Shown here piece by piece: positions 42,487 to 56,920 of a DNA stretch of 64,000 nt. Below the pieces are notes generated by a model. It was not told the DNA's origin and did not search any database. It was given only the letters and a program-made list of their open reading frames with translations. How positions within the stretch are numbered: the stretch's first letter is position 1; each line of letters starts with the position of its first letter. Position numbers and translations under genes: made by a program. Where the stretch lies: NCBI GenBank assembly GCA_964016885.1, contig OZ024746.1, positions 88,784,001 to 88,848,000 of the forward strand. The letters run 5' to 3'. The stretch comes from Eledone cirrhosa. Lineage: Eukaryota.

Positions 42487-43818
42487 ATTCAATAATATTC
42501 TGGAATTTCTGTTATCGAATCCAATTTTCAAGTTCGTGAAACGGATAGTAGTTACTCTAGAGTGAATGACCCTATGTGTCTGCGTGTGACTGCTTTTCAC
42601 ATCATCAGGTACAGATGCATAATTGTTTAATAAGTAAAAGGAATCATAAAGGGAGAACTGAGAATATGTTTGCTGAGACACGAATTGTATTAATTTTCCG
42701 TCACACCATGTTTAAATATTATTCATACAAATCATTGTAAATTTGACAGGGCGCGACTAGCATGGTGGAGCAACAAAAAATCTGCTGTTCAAATTACCCG
42801 CATCTGAGTGTCTTATTCGGGGATGGTCTGTCGCAACAATAACACCACATTCACGTGCCATTTCCGAATCAAATACCTTGGCTGTTCTCTGTCTATGATT
42901 CTTTTATTGATTAAATAATTATACAATCACATGATTATGCCAAAGCCTTACACAACCAGACCACTGGTTACGTAACAGGAATTGTTGTAACAATAAACTT
43001 TTAAAAGGATATCTCTAGTCCATTCTAGGTCCAGTCCTGTTTTATCATTAAATAAATATTTAACTGCTGAAATAGCCAAATGGATCCATCTTCAGCATAT
43101 CGTTTTATGAGTGTGTTTGCATAACCAATTGATGAGTTACAACTTAGGGTGTTTTTTTACGCTATTATATAATGGTTATTCAACCTTATGACCAGTTCTA
43201 TCTTTTGGTGAAACACATAACATAAGTTATTACAGCTCCTTCTCATTCGAGTGCTTTGTTATATAAGGGAAAACCGAGGCCCTGGCACCAATATAGGAAG
43301 AAATACCACACCTGGCCGAGGAGACATTCAAACACTAAGTTACCTCAAAGCCTGGACCTCATCGAACGCGGCTACACATGGAACAAGGAGGCCTTTCCGG
43401 TCTCTCTAAATTGTAATAAAAAAAAGTATTGTATACGTTTCACCACTGACTGGCAGTTTGATGGATTTCCGAGTTACCAACTGGCGCGAAATGTATTATA
43501 TTTATTGACCACCAATCAAATTACATCTCTAAAAAACTGGCGTTTCGAGCCACTTTTTTCCATATAAAACAAGTAACATTCTAAGACCAACCAGATGTGA
43601 GAAAAACCACAGACCCTCCATCTCAACTCTACTTTCGAAAAGCAGAAGAACTGCGAAACCGGTAAAGGAACCAAATAAATATATATATATTTTTTTAAAT
43701 ATGACTCCATTTGCATTTTCGATTTCATCTTTTTTTCTTTATACTTTCACTCAGTCGGACACCCCCGTTATTTTTCATTTTAAAAACACCTCACATTCTA
43801 ATAATAATAATAATAATA

Positions 43819-43890
<72 letters not shown>

Positions 43891-43894
<4 letters not shown>

Positions 43895-44616
43895 GGAAAA
43901 AATGAAACGAAATTTCATTTCCCACTCTTAGTACGGCTGTTACTTAAATATAATATGTACACGTACATACATATATGTATACAGATGTACAGTAGTATGT
44001 ATATATATATATACATGCATGCACATATATATATATATATATATATATATGTACGTATGGATTCACCGAACATTTATTATAATGCTCGGTGTGTTTGTAA
44101 ACAAACATCCCGTATTAAGCCGTAGTGTCTAGCAACCACCGTTGCTCGTTTGTTCAACACTGACAAAGGAACGCTGTACTAGTTTCAAGCTTATTAGCTA
44201 TCGTCAGCAACGTATACCTTCCTGCCAGATGGTTGAACGTCCGAAAGTATATAGTTTCCTGATGCATATTAACGGCTGAGTAGCCCAATTTGCATATCGA
44301 GTGGGTTAATCGGCCGGGTGCACCGAAAACGATAAACGGAACATATGAAACGAAATTTCATTTCCTACTCTTAGTACGGCTGTTACTTAAATATAAGTAT
44401 GTATACGTACATACTTATATGTATACAAACGTACAGTAGTATGTATATATATATACATACATGCACACATATATATATGTACGTATGGATTCACCGAACA
44501 TTTATTATAATGCTCGGTGCGTTTGTAAACAAACATCCCGTATTAAGCCGTAGTGTCTAGGAACCACCGTTGCTAGTTTGTTCAACACTGTCAAAGGAAC
44601 ACTGTACTAGTTTCAA
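43891..44616 (+). repeat. Partial tandem duplication (period ~445 bp, ~1.65 units), possibly a pLTR/retrozyme-type unit
   Basis: aaacgg..atgaaacgaaatttcatt...tgtactagtttcaa at 43891-44188 recurs at 44334-44616; bounded by microsatellites. Confidence 0.88.
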
Positions 44617-45399
44617 TATATATAAGTGTGTGTGTGTGTATGCGTGTGTGTGTATGTGTACGTGTGTGTGTGTGTGTGCGTGTGTGTGTTTGTGTCTGTG
44701 TGTATTTATATATTCATATTATCAATACTATTTAGTTTATCACTTCCAGATTATATGATATGATGAATTGTAACTTGCGGAGTCTACAGTTCCGATCGGA
44801 AGTCTATATTCAGAAGCTATATGACATCAGTATTGAAAGTAATATATGGGATTTAAGTAATATCATGTCATTTATATATCGGTGTATGGAATGAATATTT
44901 CAAATGTGAGTTACTATATGAGATGATATATATCACCAGCAATCAGTTTGTTGATAGCTGAATTCAAACAATGGCAAATGTGTTAAATATTTATGTGACC
45001 AAATGCAAATTTAAACACATTTCTGAACCAAGCACATATGCACTCATACACATAGTGAATGTATGATATATAGTTATTGGTATGTGTGGAAAATAGGAGA
45101 ATGTTATTTAGGGTTGTTTAATATATCATGTGGACTGTAAAGATATAGCGGCGTAGATGATAAATGTTAGATCCGCGGAGAATTGGTGCTGTTTTTACTT
45201 TCTAGTATGTTAGAAACATATTTGAGATATGAAAGTTTTACATATAGGGTTAGGGATAAGTTCAGAGAACAATGCCGTGGATCGTGGCTGCCTAGATCTT
45301 ATCCTAGGTTCTTTCACATATGTATATCTCGCAACCTGAGCACTACGTCCATAAGAACTCCTAGTAGAACTCAAATCCTGACAAGGTACAGTTGAAAGA

Positions 45400-45862
45400 T
45401 GTCTGCGGATATAATTCGACAGTAAAACACATATTCGACAGAAGAAAATGTGAAATTATCCTTTTCTGGATACATAAACATATATATATTCCCGTATTCG
45501 TACCAACCTTTATCTATGGTAACGAATTTTGGGTAATGGTCGAAAGTATGAAGACTGCGAATACTGGCAGCCGAAATATGGTGCCTCCGAAGGATGTTTG
45601 AAGTATATGTTACTTGAGACAGTACGTAGGTCGGAGATAAGTGATTCACTCCAGCTAAAGCCGCTACTTACTGAGCACAGCTCCGATACTATGGGCATGC
45701 GGTTAGAATATCTCAGTAAAATATCGCTGGACAGATTTTGCGGTCAAAACGAACAGGCATAAAATCCATGGGCAGACCCTAAGCATGATGGTTGGAGAAC
45801 AACAAAAATCTTGGCTAGCCCAAGGCCCCTCTTAGGAATATGTGGGTGAAGAGGAAGTAGAG
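45400..45862 (+). mobile_element. Decayed RTE-like LINE 3' fragment
   Basis: VFVPTFIYGNEFWVMVESMKT, VRRSEISDSLQLKPLL, GRP..W motifs; homologous to 50660-51110. Confidence 0.7.
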
Positions 45863-46259
45863 AAGATATATATATATATACACATTCTCACAAACAACTT
45901 ACGAGCGTTCGCCCACACACCCACCCACACACACAAATACACACACCCACACACGCACTAATATGATCAGATACATCCAATTACCAATAACTGATGATGT
46001 CACCGAACACTATGTCTTCATATTAGTCGACTGTATAAAAACTCATTGATACAGACGATTTGTGGCAAATAATACATATATATTTTTAAGGTACTTCAGT
46101 TGACCTAATTTAAGGTATTTCAGTTGACCTAATTCTCATCAAAGCAAAACCATAGTACAAACTAACGAATCTTTCTTTAATATCGCTTGTTACAAACTTC
46201 GCTTAGAATGTCTAATATCCTAATTCCAAGGTTCCTTTATATCTTTATATCCCCCCCCC

Positions 46260-46326
<67 letters not shown>

Positions 46327-46979
46327 CCTCTCTCTCTCTCTATCTCTCACTCTCTCTCTCTCTCCCCGTTTTGTATTACACCGCACGTGTTTCCGCATCC
46401 TAACGTGTTATATTCACCCATGTCCATTATAATATTTTCCATTAGCTTTCCTAGACATTTATTATTCATCGAAAATGGACAATGTGACAATTCGTTTGCT
46501 CTCTCTGTTCGTAGGCGATTTACTTACCGATCAATCAAAACGTTAGCGTCTGCTATTTATCCTCTGAGTAAATGAATAACACCTTGTAGTTACACAGAGG
46601 CAGCAAAAAAGAGCTGACAAAGACAGATTTAGATATTTCATATGTTTTAATGTGTTGTATACGAAGAACATTCTTCGGCTTCACTCTATTCACTTGTTGT
46701 GATGCTGAATACCTGTTTAATGTTTTCAAACAGAAACTGTATTTAAATATATGTCATAGCGGCACATTTCACTTCTAAGTACCATAAGTGATATAGGAGG
46801 ATTACAAAATCGAAAGGCACAGGCCCCACACTAGAGGAAACAGAGAATTCAAACCCGGTCATTGAATAAACGACTACGGAATTCGGTTGAGGTTCAGCCT
46901 TATAACATACAACTCAACTAGACAGCAGAACACCACCTTATAGTAGAGAAAGAAGATCATACAGCAACTACCAGTGGAA

Positions 46980-48270
46980 ACTATAATAGGTAATAAACTA
47001 GCTAATATTAGGTGAGAAGACGATGATTAATCTGGTCGTAAACGTGGGGTTTTGTATTTTGCAGATATTACATGATTAGCTGTGGGATGTAGGGAACCTA
47101 CTATCCTGTTGGATACCGTATCTCCTATACATTCACATCGAATTTGAGTTGACATTTGTTAAACAAATCCGAGCGCCTATTAGTTATGTAGTATCTAACT
47201 TTAATAATCTGAATGGATTCAGTGGCAGATGAATCTCAATTGTTTGCTATATTTCTTCTCTCGTATAGCCGTACAGTTTTAAGTGTTGACCAAGACATAG
47301 CGTACTATACGACACTAGAAAATACACGCTGAATGAACCCACATAATATAGTACATACATCATTCTGCAGCAACATCTAGCTACTATAACTCCCATCAAC
47401 ACGACTAGCCTGAATGTGGTGTAGAATGCACCTTATGTAATTCGATCACTTATGCACACCATCGGAATCACCGCTCCGAACTATGTAATATCTAATAACT
47501 TTACACTACAACGTAATGAAACAAAATACGCAACAGTATATGGTGTAGCCCAGTATATTTACCTGGGCTGAAATCAATATTGCTTCGCTTTTATTTCAAA
47601 TCACTACATGAATATTTGCAAAAATCACATATACAGAATATTTAATAATCACACTGTAATGCTATCATAATCAACAACAGAAACATCCAGGCATAACTCG
47701 TACATGAAATAGGGATTGCGACTTCAGAAACCCAGTAATGTGCCCTATACGGTATAGATGTTTACTGAAAAAAAAACAGTGTATATGATACGACTCGCAA
47801 TAAATAGAACATATATCAAAATAGGATCGCCAGCTACTAGCTTTATGGAAAGTTGCTATAACCATAGACAAATGTTGGAGCATGGTATTATCTAACACCA
47901 TAAGGATTCTGAAATAGGATAATACTATATAGTACGCTTTGTCTTGGTGAATTCTTAAAACTGTACGGCTATACGAGAAAAGAAATATAGCAATTAAATG
48001 GGATTCATCTGCCACTGAAGCCATTCGGATTATTAGAGTTAGATACTACATAACTAATTGGTGCTCGGATTTGTTTAACAAATGTCAACAACAATTCGAT
48101 GTGAATGTATAGGAGATAATGTATCCAGCAGTATAGTAGGTTCCCTACATCCAACAGCTAATTCATTTAACCTCTGCAAAATACAAAACCCCATGTTTAC
48201 GACCTGATTAATCACCGTCTTCTCACCTAATATGACTATAAGTCAATTAGCTAGGTTACTACCTATTATA
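46980..48270. repeat. Diverged inverted repeat, ~330-bp arms (46980-47310 / 47926-48270) around a ~620-bp spacer
   Basis: attaggtgagaagacgatgattaatc...caagacatagcgtactata vs tatagtacgctttgtcttg...gattaatcaccgtcttctcacctaat. Confidence 0.88.
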
Positions 48271-50289
48271 ATTCCACGTTTCCAATTAGATAGGGCCAAT
48301 TAATAACTATAATTGTAACCTCTATTGCTTTATTATCTGGTTTATTTACAATGTTAATACATTCAATTTTCGTGCGTATTGTCTTGTGTGTCTATCAATT
48401 TGTCACTCTATACAGGAAAGTTTATGAGTATATGCAGATATGTGAATATAAACATGTTCTATGTACTCATATATGTATATGAAGTTGCAAACGTACTATA
48501 CTTGTATTTCATACACTGAAGCATGCACACGCACGTTCTTTTCAGAACAACCTAATTGAAATAATTATTTGCTACAGATCTATAAGGAAAATATTTACAC
48601 TGAAATATTACTACTACTGCTGGTGCTAATGCTGCTGCTGTTACTAACTCAACAACCACATCACAAACAAGAACAACCTCTAATACTACTAATAGTCCGT
48701 ACGCTTTCCTGCACATATGACGGGAGGTCTTTTTTTCCATTAATGATAACTCCTAACCCCAGAGCACCCCGAAAGCGAATTAATTCAATCTTTCCTGGTT
48801 TGATCTAGAGTAGTAATTTTAGAATGAACCCAGATAAGTTCTCCATTATCCTCGCTAGATTGTATCGCCCACGTTTCAACCACTTGTTGAACTGGTGAGG
48901 CGAAATACCTGCTGTCAGGGATAGGCATACCGTTGCTGACGATGACTAGAGATGCGCTAAGGCTACGGGATTTCTAAATATTGCTAAATGTTTAACATGT
49001 TTGGTCGGAGATTGTCAGATAAATCTATCTCCAGCTCGTCTAGTTGACAGATCTGAGTTGTGGGTCAAGCGAAGATAGAGATGGGGCGGCTGGCATAATA
49101 TCAGGCGCCCCACAGTCCTAAACAATTCGGGCTATGTGGCCAGAGGACATTATATTCCAATGATCTACAGTAGACGGTTAGGGGGGCGGGGGGGGGGGGG
49201 GGTAACGGCGTTCCTGTATTGGCTTTGAGCGTCGACGCAATAAACTGATCAGTCAATACCGGTGAAATTTCGATTCGTACTATAACGAATTCCAGAAATA
49301 TCTGGGTGGGCCGTAGATGCACGTAGAGCGACGATGAAACCGTTCTGCACGCACTCGTCCAGTGTCCAAGGAGTACTGACATGTGGTGGTTTGTCAAACA
49401 TCCATTATCGCGTCTATGTCAGATACGGCTATCTTCTTAGGAAAAATTGGTTCGTGTTGCCGGTTGGTTTAGTGGAAGGTAGGTATTTAGAAAGATATTC
49501 CTACGTGGTTTAATGCTTCCATTTTTGCAACATTTTACAAACCGTCATCTTAGGAAACATATTGGAAAATAATTAAACATTAGTATATAAATAGATAGTG
49601 AGTAACTTGCTATGCTTTAGGCTGATAGCAAAATGGACGGATTTACAATGTGTTAAATATATCAGCCGTGACAAAATTTCGCCTTTTCGAAAATACTATT
49701 ATTATTACACTGTTACAGAACTATTTCATTTCATAATAAAACATTACTGAATATATTGGTACATATATTCAGGCTATTATCAGTCGAGTAAATAATTCAT
49801 TCACAGGTTACGTAATACACTGGTGATTGTTTAATTGTTGATTATCAAAGTTCATTCGTGACATAACATGTGAAATTCCCAATGATTATATTCGTTCCTC
49901 TGTGTCTCTGCATTTTTCTGATATTTTTCTATTTACACCTAGTTGCTTCTTTAGCTTTAGTTACACTCAGATTAGGATTATTAGATGGAGATCAGTTGAC
50001 ATCTCAGCCACTCTCTTAATGCAAACATACAGCACATAATCAAATGACCAGAGTGAATCACAAAACTATATATAATACTACTTATGCCATGCATATTTAT
50101 GGATGCCTCTGTGATGGAAGAAATTGTTCAGAATAGAGAGTCCATTGCTATGACAGAAATCTAGTAAAGTCACTCCATTTGTATCTAGATCGGGGTCGCA
50201 TTTACTCCCAACCACTACTTTACATGGCAGCTCGTCAGTGCCAACATGTGCATTTAAATCTCCCCCAGGATATATGACATAATATTAAT

Positions 50290-51115
50290 AATATCTATCC
50301 TGCAAAATCAATCGACTGGAATTTGTAGACGTCATCATGTTGCTTAACACGAAAGAAGGTAACCTCCGACTTGCACGCGATGGGTTTGATGCCATGTGCT
50401 GCATAGCTGGAATGAATATCAGAGCTGTCAAAACTAAGACACTCATGCTCCCCAGGAAGCCTGCGCGGTGCACTCACAGTTCACTCTGAATGGACTTCCA
50501 CTGAAGCTGGAAGAGAAGTTCAATGTCTCGGGGACGCGATCACCAGTGATGGATGGCAGGAGGCTGAATTATTTGCAAGTATTGCATGAGCTTGTGCAGT
50601 AATACTTCAGCTTCAGCATTCAGTGTTCAGAAGAGGGTAGGTAGGAGTAAAAGCCAATCTTACTATCTTCTATTCGGTATTCATGCCAACCCTTATCTAT
50701 GATCATGAATCTTGTGTAATGACCGAAATAATACGATCGCGAATATAAACGGCGCAAATGGGATTCCTCCGAAGGGACATTGGAGAAACCTGACATGAAC
50801 ATGTCCGTAGTTCGGGGATAAGAGAGTCACTCCAGCTAGAACCTCTACTTATCCGCATTTAGAGATAATTGCTCCTCTACTATTGGCATGTAGTTAGAAT
50901 GTATCAGGAAAGAATCGCTGGAAGATGTTGCAGGCAAAACCAACCTCCATGAGACCCAGTGGTAGACCACGAGTAAGATGGCTGAATAACATCCATGAGC
51001 GTCACTGGTCGCACTCTATGATCCTGCCAGCTCAGGTGAAGATAGGGCTCACTTGAAGGAACGTTTGAGGACGCTGCCACCACCGATCATCTAAGGAATA
51101 AGTTGGCGAAGAAGA
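50290..51115 (+). mobile_element. Decayed RTE-like LINE RT C-terminus and 3' end
   Basis: KTKTLML, LNGLPLKLEEKF, VFMPTLIYDHESCVMTE, MGFLRR, WHVVRM, RPSGRPRVRWL recoverable across frameshifts. Confidence 0.78.
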
Positions 51116-52049
51116 ATAATACTCATATTTGCCATTTTTGCGGTTGTCTAAGACTCAAAACACATACACACAGAGACAATTACTTACGAAAGTTATAATA
51201 AACTGTTGTTAAACGTAATGCGTGCGATATATTATATAACTGTTGCAAATATACAAATATGAATATTATTTCATTTATATGTATTTTAAGTCAATGATCA
51301 TGTCAATATAACGTAACATGTATATTCTAAATATACATCAATCATTGTATGGATTTATGGAATAAAAAATGATTCTCTCCTTATCGCATTACATGGCATT
51401 ACAATGGTCAATACACTCCCTAGATTTCCACACATAAGCAGTGCTAGTTGTAGTGAATTTACAAATTAAAAAATAACAATTGAAACAATGTCCAATAAAT
51501 GCACGTAAACGATGTCATCTTTAATAAAACTATTTACTTATCGGATGAATAATTTTGTAAATCAGTGATCACTATATTATTTCGTATTTATTTTTATTAT
51601 AATATTTCTGTAAAAATATTTATTAGAAACGAAACAAAACGCAGCAGAAATGTTGTATTCCATCATTATATATTCAGCTTTGTATATTGCCTTTATATAG
51701 GCACATTTGTTTGCACGTAACTTCATATTTCAGAATGAATGTCAACTAAAACACAAATTATTCGGTGAATGGAATTCTAAAACATTGGAATGTATCAGCC
51801 ACAGTATTGCTAGAAAGTATTACTATTTTCTTCACTTTCTATGTTTTTATTTGTTCTTTCCCCAAACAATGGATAGACATGGAACCATAAATATCAGGCA
51901 AAACATTACAACAAAATCACGTATATCATGGATCCTCCAGTCGTGTATTGACGTATGAGGGTTTGACAATATTCTCAGTTCATTTATTATAGATATGCTT
52001 CAAATGGAAATTTAGTGCAGCAGCTCATTTCCACATCAAGTGGCATTTA

Positions 52050-52790
52050 ATGCAGATGACCGGATTCTGAATGGCGCAGAATGAGAGGTGTTGGATCTTA
52101 GATCGGTTAGATGGAGAAATGATTTGTGAATGCTGTTATGCATTTATGGCAGAGAGTTCACCATTATTAACGATCAGAGGCTTGAGCTTCAAAATAAGTA
52201 GACATGCTATTCACGGATTTAACATTATACTTCAATTTGTGTTTATATCTGACTAGTATGCAACACTATGGAACTATCAGTAACTTTGACGTGCTGTCCA
52301 CAGTCATCTGTAGGACATGTACACATCATCTAATTTGGGATGACATGAGGAATGTTTTAATCCAACCGATGTTGGACCTCGTAAACAGATCTCTTTTGAA
52401 GATTTTCAGACCATCCAAAATGAATGATAGAGCGATGACAAGGTTTGTAGAAGACATCAAGCTCATAAATGTCTTTGCCGTAAATTGTGAAAGTTTCTGA
52501 GCCATATAAATGTGTTCTGAGCACAAGTGCAGAATACATTTTAACTCTCATTTTTAGGGATATACGTCTGACACTCCATAAACGATGAGGTAGTTTGTCA
52601 AAAGTTTCAGTTGATATAGGGACCCAATTGACGATATTATAATCCAAGGATTCAGGGTGGTTCACCTTCTTGCCAAGATAAGTAAAGGAGTTATCATATT
52701 TCAGATACTTGCCATCAACAGTGATGTAAACATAGTGATGAACATGCTCCGGCTGCCTTTGCCCGACATCTACCTGTCTCTGGGTTATGA
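52050..52790 (-). mobile_element. Decayed RTE-like LINE RT C-terminus (second family)
   Basis: FDKLPHRLWSVRRISLKMRVKMYSALVLRTHLYGSETFTIY...LDVFYKPCHRSI. Confidence 0.75.
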
Positions 52791-52857
52791 ATTTGGTTAA
52801 TATGCTAATTTAGACTTATTATTGTTTTTAAACTATGTACGTCAGTGGCAAGCAAAA

Positions 52858-53045
52858 TGCGTGTCTTTTTTATCTCTGACAGTGGACGAATGTGGGACGA
52901 AAGAAATTTGATAAACGAATGAATAACGAAAAATAAAGATAAAGTGAAAAATATATGTTGCATGTGTTTTTTTCTGCTGGTAATATTGGTCACATGACAT
53001 CCACAAAACATAACAATATCGGTTTCAACACAGCATTTCACAACA
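52858..53045 (+). repeat. Old pLTR related to the main PLE family
   Basis: acatgacatccacaaaacataacaatatcggtttcaacacagcatttca matches 33193-33241; decayed gac-GAAA-gaa upstream. Confidence 0.5.
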
Positions 53046-53220
53046 TGGATTTGGCATATTCATATATGAATATATATTTGAATATGATTCCTAATGATTT
53101 CTCAAGAATGAAACAGTTCTAGTACTGTATAATCTCATATATATTATAACTGTTATACTCTGCTATGTATTGAGTACCTTACTTACTGTTGTTGCTACCG
53201 ATTCAACCTGGACTAACTTA

Positions 53221-53311
<91 letters not shown>

Positions 53312-53347
53312 GTATGTATATATATATATATGTATATATATGTATTT

Positions 53348-53387
<40 letters not shown>

Positions 53388-53612
53388 ATGTGTGAGTGTG
53401 TGTAACTGTGTGCGTGTGTGTTTGCGTGTGTGTGAATGTGTGTGAGTATGTGTGCGTGTGTATGTGTGCGTGCGTGTGTATACATACATAAAACGCCCGC
53501 ACCACCAGTTTTGCAAGATATTACAGCATGAATGGATCTGTTATGTTTATCTAAAACGTGTTTTTACGAATTACAACCCACCCGTTCCCTCAATCTATCT
53601 TATTTCTCATTA

Positions 53613-53651
53613 TTTCTTCTGCTGAAGGACTAGCGTCCGAAACTTTAAGAA
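53613..53651 (+). ncRNA. Degenerate hammerhead-like motif in an orphan pLTR
   Basis: CTGCTGA-a-GGAC tagc GTCC-GAAA-ctt-TA-agaa; A6 mutated, stem I weak; ~90-nt tail then (TA)n. Confidence 0.45.
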
Positions 53652-53736
53652 CCTCTTCCTGCTATATCAAGCGTTAACCTAATATATCCCTTCCATATAC
53701 TGTACAGATTGTGTGCTTATTTCTGTTTACCTTTTA

Positions 53737-53806
<70 letters not shown>

Positions 53807-54785
53807 TAACAGATTAAAGTTTAAGCAAAGAATCGCTGCTTTTACCATTAACGGGATCTTCTGACACTAACAAAGTCAATCTGTAAACGCAGAAGTGAAT
53901 ATTTCAAAAAACGTTGCAACCGGAGGAAGAAAGGAAGACGATACTTTGGTTCGTGGACACGTTCCCTGGCAAAGAACGTGAAAAAACTAAAGAGTTAAAC
54001 AAGATTCAATGAGTATATAAAAGAATGAGTTTTACAGTAGATTGGAAGCACTCTATGGTAATAATTTTCCAGAGTTATTAATATTAAAATACAAATATTA
54101 ATATAATAGATGTTCTTTTAATCAATTACATTTTATTATACATATTTCAGATGTACAACAGTACGTCCTCATCAGACAAAATATAATGATACATGACATA
54201 CCCTGAGATGGTAAAAGGTTAAGATTTAATCACGGTAGTGATTAACCTAAGAGAAAGTTTAACATTTATACCAGAAAATGCGAAAACGTTATACATTCAA
54301 TAGTGAATGTGTGAGTAAGAAAAACGTTGCTTAATGTAACAGTTATAGAGATTTTAAAATGTATGGTACTACAATTTATCAGGGAAAGCGCTCAATGAGA
54401 GCCGCTGAGATAATATATATAGAGAGAGGGGAGATAAGAGTAATATATGTAGAAGGAGATTTTCCGAAGGTTAAACGGTTAAGTTTGAAAATATTTAATT
54501 TATGCTATTTTAGGGTGAAGAATCAAGATTTTAGGTTTTTCTTAAAAAAAAAAGAAATTGCAGGTTATTTATTAGTTTTGTAAATTCAATATGTGTTTTA
54601 AGATTTCTAAACATCGTTATTTTATGAGGATAACTTTTAAAGGATTTAGCTGGCCAGCGGAAAAGAAAGTTTACACTGTCGAATATTTTTCTAAATGTAA
54701 GCTTTACCGGAGATATTCATTGTCAACATATATGGTATGTAAACCTTATGAAGTATTTATTGTTAGAAATATTTAAATAAATATT

Positions 54786-54828
<43 letters not shown>

Positions 54829-56379
54829 TGACCCTGTATATTTTAGGTAAATGATAACGAAAATAAAAATAAAATAATAGATTTAGGCATGCTAAAGTTA
54901 AATATATACGTATATATAAAATGGTGTAAATGCATTGATTATTCATAGTTCAACATAAATGATAATCAATAAATTTAGCTAACAATTATGTATAGAATGA
55001 TACATGGAGGTTTATATGGATATAAATTAGGTATTATTGATATATACGCTTCTTTGTTAGTATAATAAAAAAAATTAAAACAGAATCTTATGCAAGTTTC
55101 TATCTTCCCTTCTTGTTCTGCTATCTTCTCTCTTACGATGTTCTAAATATATTCATACCCATATAGATTTTACCTAAGTAGATATTATCCATTCTGTATA
55201 CCAAAACCAAGAAAAAGAAGAGCAAAAATACAGCACAGGAAAAATATATTAATGAACGAAATACAAAGGAATACTTAACAATAAAAAAGACGACAAAGAA
55301 TATAATGTTTCACTATAACAGTAGCAATTATATCGTTTTCTCTAACTTCTAATCTTCATTTCATATTGATTACTGCAGTCAACCTTTGCAATTCATATTT
55401 GACGTTGCCGATAAAAGACTTTTTAGCCTATTCATATTTATGTAAATATAATGTAATCTCTGTACAAACATTTGGCTATTTCCTTTTGTTTTAATCTGAC
55501 CACCACACTCTTGGCTTTATATTAACAAGAAATAAAAGATACTGTTTTCAATTTTACTTTCATATTCTATGAATCTTATATTTTCCTCTGCATTCCCAGA
55601 TTAGCGTTAAATTTATTAGCTTTATATTATTGTCTATCTATCTGGTTTATATTATTGTCTATATCTTTGGTTATATAACATTGCTTTGTCTTATGGGACG
55701 TCTGTTGTATGTTTTTAAATATTTCGACAATCCATAGACCCCGAAGACAGAATTGTCACTGTAATAGTTAGATATAATTGGAATTGATAAAACCATATCC
55801 AGTTGATATATCATATAGGTTTGTAATGAAATCTAAAGGAAACGGCGGACCACTTATGAAGACGAAATGTTGTCGGGTAATATAATGTCACGGCATATGT
55901 TCTAATTTTCAAGGATGCACAGTAATATATATGTACCATATCTATTCACCCTCGCAATGATAGCAGCATCATAGTTATATTTATTAGATAGGTATTCGTT
56001 ACTAGAACCAAACCATTCACCGATTGGAGATATTCTTCATGGAAATATGTTAAATAAGTTCCATGAAGATATAAATGGATTGAGGTTCAAAAGATTATAC
56101 ATTGTTAATACTTTTTATATTGCCACACTCTAGTCTGTGTGTGGATGAGTCGATGTATGTAACATCATAAAGATAAATGTTATTTGCGTAGTTTTGAGCA
56201 ATACTATTCTAAATAAAAAACATGAAGCAGTATGTTATTAAATAGTATAGTTGCTTACCACTAACATAAATTAAATGGACAATATTTACAGGCAGATTCT
56301 TATCCTGGACTTTAAAAATGTGATATATTCATGTCACTAAACACACAATCGCTCATTTCTAAGCGTCAGAAAGGCAACA

Positions 56380-56920
56380 TCACAGCTAAATTCACACAGG
56401 AAAACAGAGATAGATGGGAAACCAGGTCAGATATAGAAGAAGAGAGGAGTTATAAGCAGATCCCATGATATCTTTGGAGAGTGCACTAAATCCACATGTC
56501 TCGGTTAATGTAATCTTCATCACCAATTAAAGCAAAACCTGTGTAATCAACCAACTGTTGGAAAAGTCATAGCTAGAGTGATGCACAATTTTCATTCGGA
56601 GTATATGTGTCCAATGTTTCTTCCGGAAACGCCGCCATGAGGGTAGGGACACTGGATATATGCTTATGTTGGCAGTTTCAAGAAAATGCATTACATGCCA
56701 TATACGGTTTTATGAATATCTTTTCTGTCGCGACTAATGCTTTTGATACAGTCAACTGAGAAACATTATTTGACTTTCAACAAAAATATTTGCAAAATTC
56801 AAAGAACTACATCCACCAGGGCGACATCGACGCCAGCGTTGCATTTAATGGAAAACGATATGAACAACTTGCTGTGTTCAATGGGGTTAAGCAAGGACAT
56901 ATTCTGGCTCCAACACCATT
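56380..56920 (+). mobile_element. Decayed RTE-like LINE RT core (may extend upstream to ~55700)
   Basis: TVGKVIARVM, QFQE, NAFDTVN and NGVKQGHILAPT occur in the correct order. Confidence 0.72.

Noticed and set aside
48800-49430. GC-richer island, possibly an LTR-retrotransposon gag remnant
   Set aside because: No convincing motif or LTR pair readable.
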